A model generated the notes under the pieces. It made no database searches, was not told the origin of the DNA, and saw only the letters and a list, made by a program, of their open reading frames with translations. DNA of 64,000 nucleotides, taken from a virus. Where the stretch lies: the IMG/VR virus record IMGVR_UViG_3300037780_000016, positions 27,688 to 91,687 of that record; one strand, 5' to 3'. This document shows positions 19,737 to 30,900 of the stretch, piece after piece. The position numbers and the translations under genes were made by a program. The stretch's first letter is position 1. Every line of letters starts with the position of its first letter.

Positions 19737-20488
19737 GTACACTAGCAGACGTCCGCAAGTATTCGCTGGGTCAGACCGTCACGCTCTTCCAGATCGTGGC
19801 GACGTCTGCCGGTGCACCTGCGAACTATCACTTCACGAACACGGTTTTCGAGGAAGGGTTCGCCATCAAGTTCGGTGGCAACACCTATCAGCATCTGGCC
19901 TGCCAGCTCACGGGTGTATCGGCCCGGGGTGACGGCAAGCCTGCCAATCCGTCCTTCAAGATCGCGACCGGCGGTGGCCCTGTCACCTCGATCCTCCAAC
20001 AGTACAACGACCTGAAGGGCGTCTGGCTGTGGCGCTATGAGACGCTGGCCAAATATCTGGACGAGCGCCCTGACGGCAACGGTGACCCCGAGGTGAACCC
20101 GGGTGCAGATAGCAGCGCGATCATTCGCCGTGAGCTGTACGTGATCGACCAGAAGGTCGCCTCCGACAACGTCTTCGCCGAGTTCAAGCTGGTTCCGCCG
20201 ACCGACATTGCCGGGGCGAAGCTCCCGGGCCGGATCGCGGTCAAGAACTACTGCGACAAGCTGTACCGGTACTGGAACGGTTCGAGCTTCGAGAATTACG
20301 ACCCCGAGACCGAGAACGGTTGCCCGTACAACGGCTCCGACTATTACGACGATCAGGACCAGACTGTGGTCGGAGCGGCCAACGACGTCCCGTCCAAATC
20401 TCTGGATTGCTGCATCGCCCGGTTCGGGTATGGCGTCGATCTGCCCTTCGGCGGCACCCCGGGCATCAAACGAGCAGGCACTGCATAA
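19733..20488 (+). CDS. Minor tail protein (lambda gpL-like)
   Basis: LPGR...C...C.Y.G...C..RFG...PFGGTPG. Confidence 0.88.
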   Translation: MSTLADVRKYSLGQTVTLFQIVATSAGAPANYHFTNTVFEEGFAIKFGGNTYQHLACQLTGVSARGDGKPANPSFKIATGGGPVTSILQQYNDLKGVWLWRYETLAKYLDERPDGNGDPEVNPGADSSAIIRRELYVIDQKVASDNVFAEFKLVPPTDIAGAKLPGRIAVKNYCDKLYRYWNGSSFENYDPETENGCPYNGSDYYDDQDQTVVGAANDVPSKSLDCCIARFGYGVDLPFGGTPGIKRAGTA

Positions 20489-21243
20489 TGACGTACACAG
20501 CGAGGCACCCGGACCCGTATCCGGGAAGCGTCCTGAAGGACATCCGAGATCACGCCCGTTTACGCTTCCCCTTCGAGAGTTGCGGCGTCGTGATCAACGG
20601 CACCTACGTCCCCTGCGAGAACGTCCACGAGAAGCCGTGGGAAGCCTTCCGTATTGACCCCGGGTTCATCTCCAAGCACTGGGATGATATCGAGGCGATC
20701 ATCCATTCCCACCCGAACGGGAACGGATACCCGAGCAAAGCCGACATGCGGTCCGCGATCCCCTCTGGAAAAATCTGGGGCCTGATCCCGGTCCAAGATG
20801 GGTTCCCCATGGAGATCACATGGTGGGGCGACCCGCTCCCGATCCCGCCCCTGACCCGGCGGTCATTCATCTGGAATGTGTTCCATTGCCTTCAGCTCTA
20901 TCGGGACTGGTGGCGGATGGAGCGGGGCATCAACATCCCCAATTTCCCTGTTGCCAAGCTGGACTTCTGGCGGCGTGATGTCTTCGGAGAGCATTGCTTG
21001 GAAAGTGGGCACATCGACCTCGGCAAGCCTAAGTCTCCTGTGGACCTCGAAATTGGCGACATGCTTCTGACGAAGATCAATTGCAGAAACCCGAACCATT
21101 GTGCTATCTACGTCGGTGACGACGTTTTCATACACCACCCGGCAGACGCTCTTTCCCAACGAGGCAGTGTCATTCGAGAGTGGGACAGACTTGATCGGGT
21201 GTTCCGCTATGACCTTCGCAACACAGGAAGCTCCTCTCCGTAA
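20488..21243 (+). CDS. Tail tip assembly protein (lambda gpK-like, JAB + NlpC)
   Basis: ESCG, HSHP...PSKAD, HC.IY.G...HH; start set to ATG 20488, which overlaps the gpL stop. Confidence 0.88.
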   Translation: MTYTARHPDPYPGSVLKDIRDHARLRFPFESCGVVINGTYVPCENVHEKPWEAFRIDPGFISKHWDDIEAIIHSHPNGNGYPSKADMRSAIPSGKIWGLIPVQDGFPMEITWWGDPLPIPPLTRRSFIWNVFHCLQLYRDWWRMERGINIPNFPVAKLDFWRRDVFGEHCLESGHIDLGKPKSPVDLEIGDMLLTKINCRNPNHCAIYVGDDVFIHHPADALSQRGSVIREWDRLDRVFRYDLRNTGSSSP

Positions 21244-21946
21244 CCTGCACATTCACGGCCCTCTGGGTGACCGTTACGGGAAGACGCACCGGGTTGCAGC
21301 GGCCACGGTTCCTGACGCTCTCCGCATCATCGCCTGCAATGTGGACCGTGCTTTCGAGCGCGATATGTCCCGGGGCGACTGGCATGTGACGCTGGGCGAA
21401 GAAGAGCTGATGGCCGAAGAGCTGAACTTTCCTCGCTCCAAGGCCGACGACTTCCACCTGTATCCGGCCATCGAAGGCCAAGGCGGTGGCGGTGGTCGCG
21501 GCAAAGCGATCCTGTCCATCGTGATCGGTGGCGTCCTGCTCTTCACGGGTGTCGGTGGTGCTCTCGGCGCTCAGATCGCGGGCAAGGGTCTGGCGTCCGG
21601 CTTCGCCGCATCGGCTGCGAGCTTCGGTGGCCTGTCCATTTCGTATTCCACGGTGACCCTTCTGGGTGCCGCGTTCGCCCTCGGGGGTCTGGCTCGCCTT
21701 ATGGCACCGGGCGTCCCGCAAGACACGGGTAAGAACGATCCGACCAATTTCACTTTCTCCGGGGCTCCGACCACTGATAAGGAAGGCTCCCCTATCCCGA
21801 TTTGCTACGGTCTCGTGTGGACCGGCGGATTGCTGGCAGCAGCAGGTATCGAAGTTACCGGCGGCGGCTATGGAGGAGGCTACGGCTCCGGCGGTGTCGG
21901 CGGTGGCGGTGGCGTCTTCGATAACCTGTTCAACCAGCTCCTGTAA
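21209..21946 (+). CDS. Tail assembly protein (lambda gpI-like)
   Basis: HGPLGDRYG, Gly-rich hydrophobic segment, EGSPIPICYG. Confidence 0.85.
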   Translation: MTFATQEAPLRNLHIHGPLGDRYGKTHRVAAATVPDALRIIACNVDRAFERDMSRGDWHVTLGEEELMAEELNFPRSKADDFHLYPAIEGQGGGGGRGKAILSIVIGGVLLFTGVGGALGAQIAGKGLASGFAASAASFGGLSISYSTVTLLGAAFALGGLARLMAPGVPQDTGKNDPTNFTFSGAPTTDKEGSPIPICYGLVWTGGLLAAAGIEVTGGGYGGGYGSGGVGGGGGVFDNLFNQLL

Positions 21947-21955
21947 GGTAGACCT

Positions 21956-24900
21956 ATGAAGTCGGAAATCGATCTCTCTGTAGAGTTCCACAAACCCGTA
22001 GCTATCGAAGGCGCTGGCGGTAAGGGCGGCGGTGGCGGAGGCAAGGAAGCCCCCGACAGCCTGCGCTCGAACTCGTCTGGCAAGCTGCAACACATCCTGT
22101 CCGAAGGTCCGTGCGGCGGCATCGAAGGCGGTCTTGAAGGCGTCCATTACAACGAGACGCCGCTGATGGTGGGCTCCCAGAAAAACTTCAAGGGCGTCCT
22201 GATGTACGAGAACTTTGGCCGGGGCGATCAAGCGTCCATGCCGGGGTTCGACGCAGTCACGAACGTCGTACAGGTTCAGCAGGCCGTGACGCAGGCATCC
22301 GGCGGTTACGCCGTGGCCTTCACGGACGCTCAGGTCACCGCTGTCAAAGTCACGATCTCCACGTCCAGCTTCTTCGAGGCTGACGACAAGGGCAATGTGA
22401 ACGGCTCCTCCGTCACCTTCGCTATCGACCTGTCTCTGGGCGGTGGTGCGTTCAATCAGGTTGCCACGGGCACCATCACGGGTAAGACGCGCACGAAGTA
22501 CGAGCGCGACATCCGTATCCCGATTGACAGCCCCGGTCAGGTCTCCGTACGCCTTCGCCGCGTCACGGCTGACAGCTCGTCCCTGAAGATCGAAAACACG
22601 ATCAGCTTCGAGCGCTATACGCGTGTGATCGAGCATCGCCTGAACTACCCGTTCCTCGCGACGGCTGGCCACATCTTCGACGCCAAGCAGTTCGGCAACC
22701 GCATCCCGCAGGTCCAGTACCGCTTCAAGGGTCGGAAGGTGAAAGTCTTCTCGAACATGGACGGTGCAGCCCGGACGTTCTCCGGCAACTGGGATGGCAC
22801 GTTCAAGGTGGCTGAAGAGTGGACCACGTGTCCCGTCCTGATCTTCCGCGATCTGGTCCTGAACAAGCGCTATGGTCTGGGCAAGCATGTCCCGGAAAGC
22901 CTGCTCGATGGGCCGACCCTCTATCAGCTCTCGCAGTTCTGTGCCGAGCTGGTCCCCGATGGTAGCGGTGGGCAGGAACACCGTTTCAGCACCAACGTCG
23001 TCCTGAACCGCCGCTCTGAGGCGTTCAACCTGCTGCAACAGCTCACCGCTGCCTTCCGTTCCATGCTCTTCTGGATGGACGCCAAGCTGTGGCTCCTGTC
23101 CGACCAAGATCGCGACCCGGTCAAGGTGGTGACCAACGCCAATGTGATCGGCGGCAAGTTCACCTATGCGGGCGAGAGCAACAAGCAACGCTACTCCGTC
23201 GTCAACGTCTCCTACACCCGGGATGACGATTACTTCCGCAAGGGCGTGGAAGTGGTCGAGGACCGTGAGTTGATCAAGGAGCTGGGCTGGAAACCGACCG
23301 ACCTCGGCACGCTGGGCGTCTCCTCGCGCGGTCAGGCCCGCCGTCTCGGCCTCTACCTGCTGAACGATCAGGAGCGTGAAGGCGAACTGGTCACCTATCA
23401 GGCGTCCTTCGATCACCTGCAAGTCGCGGCTGGCGATGGCCCCTCTGGCGTTGCACCCGGTTCACGCATCCTGATCGCGGACAAAGAACGCGGCAACGCT
23501 CTGGTGCAAGGCCGGGCGACCGGCGTGTCTGGCTCTGACATCACGCTGGACCGCGACACGGGCGAGACGGGCACCGGCAACGGCACTCTCTACATGGAGA
23601 CCGACGAAGGTGTCATGGAGAGCGTGGCGTGTACCTACACCGGCTCTGTGGTCACCGCGACCGAAGCGTTTACCGGCACCCCGGCGTCGGGCAACCTGTT
23701 TATCCTTGTGACCGGTGTTTCGGTCGCGGAGGAGTTCACGGTCGTCAACGTCACCGAGAAGGACAAGAACACCATTGAGGTGGTCGCCAAGAAGTTCGAC
23801 AGCACGAAGTGGGCGCGTATCGACAACGATACCCCGACCGTCGGCCCGGACATCATGCAGCGCCCCTCCCCTGAGTATGTCGAGGCCCCGACGGCTTTCG
23901 ACGCTCAGATCAACTGGGTGACGCACACCGACCACCTCGAAAAGAAACTGGACATCGACTGGACCGACAGCACCGATGAGTTGCTGGACAACTACATGGT
24001 CCTGTACCAGCACAACAACGGGAACTGGAAGGTTCTCGAAGCGTCCACGTCCACCTCCAACATCATCTTGGAGAAGGCGGAGACGGGCACCTACAATTTC
24101 CAGATTTACGCGGTGAACAGCGCTGGTCGCCAGTCTCTGCCTCTGGAAGGTTCCATCGTGGTCCCGGCGGTCCCGCCGACCGTGGACAACGCCGTGGGCA
24201 CCGTCTCCAATCTGGCTCTGGACGAAGGCGGCACCGAGTTCACCGGCCATTCCGCCAAGTTCAACTGGAACGTCAATTCCCCGACCGGCGTGGCAATCCA
24301 AGACGAGATCGGTGGAACGCAGAACACGGGCGCTATCGACCCGAATTTCCGCGACTGTCTGGTCACGGTGAAGCGCACCGACGATACGGTTCTGCGCACC
24401 GAGAGCGTCGTGGGTAACCACTACGTTTATACTTCTGAGAAGAACACCGAAGACAATTTCGAGCTGGACGCCTCGGCCCCGGTCCGTAATTTCAAGGTCG
24501 AGGTCCAGTACCGCGACAAGTTCAACCGGGTATCCACGGCGGAGGTGATCACCGTCAGCAACCCGGCTCCGGCTGCTCCGACCCTGTCCACCGAGACGGT
24601 CCCGCGTGGCGTCATGCTGACCGCGACGTCCCCGACCGATCTGGACTGGGCGGGTGCTCGCGTCTGGACGAAGGACACGGCCAGCATCAACCCGGCCTCC
24701 GACCCGTACACCGACTATGGCCGGGTCAACGCCTTCTTCATCCCCGTGAACCCGGGTGCAACGAAATACTTCCGCGTGGCCTTCTTCGACGAGTTCGGCA
24801 AGACCACGGGCGAACTGAACGTCTCCGCTGAAGGTTCGGCGTCTGTCCCGCTTGTCGGCAATACCGACATCGGCGCTGGCGTCATCGCCATCGACCGGCT

Positions 24901-27900
24901 GGTGCAGACGGCTCAGGACCGTATCAACGCGATCCCGAATATCGAAAGCGATATCTCCACGCTGCAATCCGATCTGGGCACGGCTCAGTCTGATCTGGAC
25001 GCAGCGGAACGTCTGCTCGATGCGACGAACTGGGGCGCTATCGTCGCCAACATGGAACCGATCCACCCGGACCTGCAATGGTCTGGCGGCACGGAGTTGT
25101 CCGCTGTCCTGACGTCCGGGGGGAGCCGGGCTACTGAGAGCACGGTGAACGGTGATCTGCAACTGGTTACGAACGCGACCGGCTCGCAGTACCTGTACCT
25201 CGACAATCTCGTCGCTAATGGCCTGCCTGCCGAGGTGGCTGGTGACCTGTCGTATGCTGACGCTCGTTATCTGGTGTTGGAGTTCACGCCGACGGTCGAT
25301 GCCGGTAACGACTTCACGACGCACCTCCGGGCGGCGTTCCGTACGAATAGCGCGGACAGTGCGAACTGGTTTGACCCGGTCACGGGAACGTCCAACGACC
25401 AGCTCGTGGTTGGTCGTCGCTACACGGTTGTCTGGGACTTGTTCGGCAAGACTGCCACGTCTGGTCAGGTGTGGGGCTCCGCCGCCCCGGATCGCATCTG
25501 GTTCGAGTGGCAGGACGGTAACGCCATTGGCAACACGGCGATCATCCATAAGGTCGCCCTGATGTCCTCCGGCGATGTCATGACGGCGTATAGCCGCGCT
25601 CGTATCACGGACAATGAAACGCTGACCGCTGACCACGCTTCCCGTATCAATACGCTGGAAGCGTCGGACGGAACGAACACGTCCGCGATCAGTTCGCTTC
25701 AGAGTGTGCAGTCGGACCACGCGACCCGCATCAACAATATCGAGACGACGCAAGGCACCTACGGTTCTCGCATCACGACGGTCGAGAACACGACGGCCTC
25801 GCAGGCGACGGCGATCACGAACCTCGAAACCACGTCGGCGTGGGTAGCTGGCGGGACGATCCCGCCGGGGCACGGCCATGTCGGTATGACGGGCGACCTG
25901 ACGTTCGAAGCCAATATGCTGACCACCGGGGCGAATGACGGTGAGATCAAGGTCACGGGCACGTACTACGAGCACCCGACCGCTGGTCGCCGCTCGACGA
26001 GCGCCGCGTTCGATATCAACACGCCGTATGAAGGAAACACGTCTGGCTTCCAGACCCGGGCGTACCTGATCTGCTCGAATGTCGCCTGTCCGACCCGTTT
26101 CTCTGGCTGGGACGGTGTGTCCTCGAACGGTGCGGAACACTTCTTCCTCGCTGTGTACTACGAGAGCAGTGGCTCTTGGACGGCCTTCGGCAACACGACC
26201 TCGCATCCGTACACGCCTCTTGATAGCGATGTCGTCGTCGCGGTCCTGACCAAGCCGAACACTGCCTCCGGCGGTATCGATACTCTGACGTCTCTGGTCA
26301 CCCAGACCGGTAATCTGGACGGTCGCGTAGGCTCCGCCGAGAGTTCCATCACGATCCTGAACACTACGACGGGCAATCAGGCGACGGCAATCAGCAACCT
26401 TGAGACCGCAGTCGGCACCCCGTCTGGCGGTGACCTGTTCTCCCGCATCGCAACGGTAGAAACGACGTCTGTCGGTAACGCGAGCCGCCTGTCTCTGGTG
26501 GAGGTCGGCCAGTACGAGCAATATCGCACCGGCCTGTCCATGAACGCAGTGGACCAGCGGATCGTCATGGACGATTACGCCATCGTGGACATTGTGGCGA
26601 TGGAAGACAACGTCACGGTCTACCAGAACGGCTCTGTGCTCACGACCCTGACGAACCGTGGTGACGTTTACTCGCTGTCGGTCGGCAACCAGACCAAGGG
26701 CGATATCCTGACGTCTGACAAGCCGACAGCGATGTATGATCGTGGTGGTTACCCGCTCCCGCATCTGGGCTTCAAAGGACGCCAATTCATCGCCAAGCAG
26801 ACCCGTGCGGCGAACATCGAGCTGAACATCTACTCGGAAGAAGACGCTTTCGCTCTGATCTACGTCCGGAACAACACCAACTCCGAAGCACACCCGAACC
26901 CTGCCCGCGTCCCGACCCCGACGGCGGACCTGTCTGCTGGCTTGTCTGGTGGTGCCGTGACGACGATCACGCTGGATGCGGCCACGTATGGGTTTGTCGA
27001 TGGCGACAACGTCTCCGTTTACATTCAAGCCTCGACCGACGTCGTCGTTATGTGCCGGGATGGAGACAGCGCCGACGACCACAGCATCGTCCCGCCGGTC
27101 TCCCGCCGCGTCCTGAACGCTCGGGCCAACGAGTTCAATACGTTTGACAGCGTCGCGACGTGGACGACCAACTCGTCTAGCGCTACGGCAAACGGCGACA
27201 TCTACTATTTCTACGACAGCGACGTACCGGGCTCCACGTTTGAAGCAGGTGACGGCTCTGGCACCGCCAACGCTCACGGCCTTCCGTACGAGGCTCTGGG
27301 TGACACGTACATCATCCCGGCAAACACGGCGCTGGAAGTGACCGTTGTCGCGGTTGAGCCGTGTATCGTGGACGTCACGAATGTCGGCAACACGATCCAG
27401 CAGTCGCTGGATTTCACGGCAGCCTCCTTTACGAACCCTGTTGCGATCAGCATCGAAGAGCAAACCACCGGGACTTATCCGTGGTCCGGACAGGCTGTCA
27501 CCCTGAAGTCCCGGGACGGCACCCCGTTCGGTGTCCGCATCGACGACAATGACGCTGACGAGATGTGGCTGCTCGGGTATCGCGAGAGCCTTCAGCAGAA
27601 CTTCGTCGGTGGTCGCGTCGGCGTGGTCGAGAAGGTCACGAAAGATAACGCCTCTCGCCTGACCACGGTCGAGACCACGGCGGGCAACAACAGCTCCGCT
27701 ATCTCGACGCTTCAGACGACGACTGGTAACAACGCCACAGCTATCAGTGCGATCCAGACGTCTATCGGCACCGACGACGCTCAGGGCAACTTGTTCAGTC
27801 GTATCGCGACGGTCGAGAGCACCAGCGCGGCCAACGCGTCCCGGATCACCACGACGGAAATCCAGATCAACGGTGCTCTGCCTCTGCTCCCCCAAGGTGG

Positions 27901-30900
27901 CAATCTGGCTCAGGACGCCTCGCACTGGTACATGCCGACGACGAATGACAGCTCGGGAACGTTCACGGGCGCTGACCTCGACGCCCACGCGAACATGACG
28001 GCAGCGACGGTCGGTACGGCGACGGCGGGCTCGGATACCGGCACCGGTCTCCAAGGATACGACGGTCGCTGGATGTTTACCCGTTACGCGATCCCTGTGG
28101 ACACGAGCCGTCGCTACCGCATGCGGGTGAAGGTTCTGTTCCCGACGGGTGTTGGCGGCAACTTCTATGCCGGTCTGGCGACGCTGGACGGCAGCTACAA
28201 CGCCATCACGGGCGGAGCTGGTACGCACCGCTATTTCGTCGGTTCGTTCTCGCAGTCCAGCAACGCCGGGACGATTGCCACGTTCGAAGGCGAAATCACG
28301 GGCGAAGGCGATCTGGCGACCCAGTTCCGGGCTGGTACGCAGTACGTCCGCCCGATGATCATCACGTCCTACAACACGACGGCAACTCCGCAGCCCATCG
28401 TCCTGTCTATCGACTTCGACGATGTGACTGAGGAAGTGAACCTCGGTTCACGGACGGCGATTGTCGAGGAAGCACTTTGGGACGGCTCTGAGACGCGGGC
28501 TCGTATCATGTTCCTCGCGGACGCCGGTACGGGTGCAGTGGCTGCTGGGTGGCTGACCAGTTCGGCTAACCCTAACGGCGTGGTGCAGTCCGAAGTCGGC
28601 TGGGCCGCTGACAAGTTCCTCGTCTACAACTCGCAGACCACGAACAACGACCCGGTCTTCGCTATTGACACGCAGGCCAACAAGGTCCGCATTCTAGGCG
28701 ACCTGATTGCAGACGGCTCCATTGAGGGTACGTCCATCAAGGCTGGCTCGATTGTACAGGTCGGTACGGGTGACCTGATCTCTGGCACGTCGATCTACGA
28801 CCGTGCTTCCATGGCGGGCCACAACAACGGCGACTACCGCTTCTGGGCCGGTGGCCTGTCCGGCGCTGGTGCGAACTTCTCGGTTGACCGGGAAGGCGCT
28901 ATCACCGCTCGCAAGATCACGATCCTGTCCGAAGACGGTACGACTGTCTGGTTCGACAGCGTCAACGGCTTCTCTGCGGTGGCCATCGCTCAGATCAATG
29001 CGAACACTGCGACCCGGGTCTCGTCCGTTGTTGGCACCCCGGCGAACAACACGACGCACACGGACTTCTCTCTGACGGATGACCCGGCCTCGACCAATGT
29101 CCGCATGAACGCGTCTGTGAACACGACGGGTATGTCCCTCACGCAGACGTGGCTCTGGGGCAATTCGGAACCGTCTGAAATCTTCCCGTCCTCCCTGACC
29201 ATCGTGATCAAGTATCGCGACAAGGACGTGGGTGGCGCGTATACGACCGGGGTCACCAAGACCCTGACGAAGATCACGTCCGGCACTCCGACGTCCAACC
29301 AGTTCCGCGTCACCATCACGACGCAGGCTCCGTATTACGAGCCGGACCTCGAACTGGGAGGGCAGCCGATCAACATCCCGGGCTGGAAGACGGAAACGAT
29401 CACCGACCCGTCGGCGCTGGTCGCGGAGTTCACCCAGTCTCTGGCGGGTGACAGCGATGGCCGCACGTGGGAGGTTCTGGTCGAACTGACCCCGACCGGC
29501 GGTGACCTCGCCTTCGATACCAAGACGCGTACCCTGACCGTTGACACGACCGACGGCGGCAAGCCGTTCGTGATCCTCGACAACGGTGCGGTCCCGGGTG
29601 ACGGTAACGCGGACACGCTGGACGGCTTCAACAGCTCTGACTTCGGTCGTCTTGCGTCTGCTCAGACGTGGACGCAGGAGAACACGTTCAACGCCAAGGC
29701 GTACTTTGGTGACGGCATCATTGTGTCGGGTCCGGGTTCGTACAGCAGCACCAATGACACCCGCACGGATGTCGGTATCGTCCTCCCGTCTGGTGCAGCG
29801 ATCCATGGTGACAGCGGCACGGGCTACCTGCGCTACCTGTTCGAGTGGAACAACAACGACAAGATTGTCATTGGCCAGACCGGCACGTCCTTGATCACTG
29901 GCGTTTCGCTGCAAGGCGGTTCTGCTGGCGGCGTAGATATGTATCACGCCGGTATTAAGCAGTGGGAGACGATCACGAACGGTTTCCAGTTCGGTGACGT
30001 GTCCACACGCACGTCGATCACGTCCTCCGGCGGCGGGTTCATCCTGAACCACGCTGACAACTCGGACCTGCACTTCCGGACGCAGGGTAATGACCGCCTG
30101 ATCTATGACCACAGCGCGAACTATTGGCAGATCGCGAACAACGGCGGTCTGCGGTTCTCCACGAACAGCTCCCGGGTGAAGGTCAGCCTGTACAGCACCA
30201 CGTCCACGTACGGCATCGGTATGCAGTCGGGCATGACCTACGGGCACCTGAACGACTGGGCGATGACGTTCTGCTTCAACAACGAGAGCGACCGTGGCTT
30301 CTGGTGGGGCCACGAGAGCCACCTGAACTCTGAAGGCGCGATGTCCCTGACGACGGACGGCCAGCTCTGGCTCCACAACACCCTGACTGTGTCTGGTGCG
30401 TGGAACTCGACGAGCAACCTCACGGTCGCCAAATTCCGCCCGTCGAACTACGCCGTCGGAAACCCTGAGCTGAACATCAAGAAAGCGGGCACCGCCAATC
30501 AGTGGAATATCGAACTCTGGGACGGCTCTTCTCAGGGTGGCGTGATCAACTTCGGTTCGACGTCGTTGCAGCACCAAGGCAACGAGATCGCAACGCAGAG
30601 CTGGGTGAACTCCCAGATCGGGGGCAGCGCAACCCTCGCCGGAACGAACACGTGGACGGGCAGTAATACGTTTGACGCAGGTATTCTGATCGGAAACTTG
30701 GGTACGGGTATCGATCACCGTTTCGTGAGCTACAACGATGGGGGAGCGGGCACGCTGATCATGGCGTGGTCGAACTCTGATTGGTCGAACAGTTTCCGCC
30801 TCACTGCGTCGATTGCTCAGGTTTATGCCGGAAATCAGGCGTACAACTTTAGCAGCTCGGCCTTTGATCTGAACAACAAGAACGTCGTTGACGTGAACCG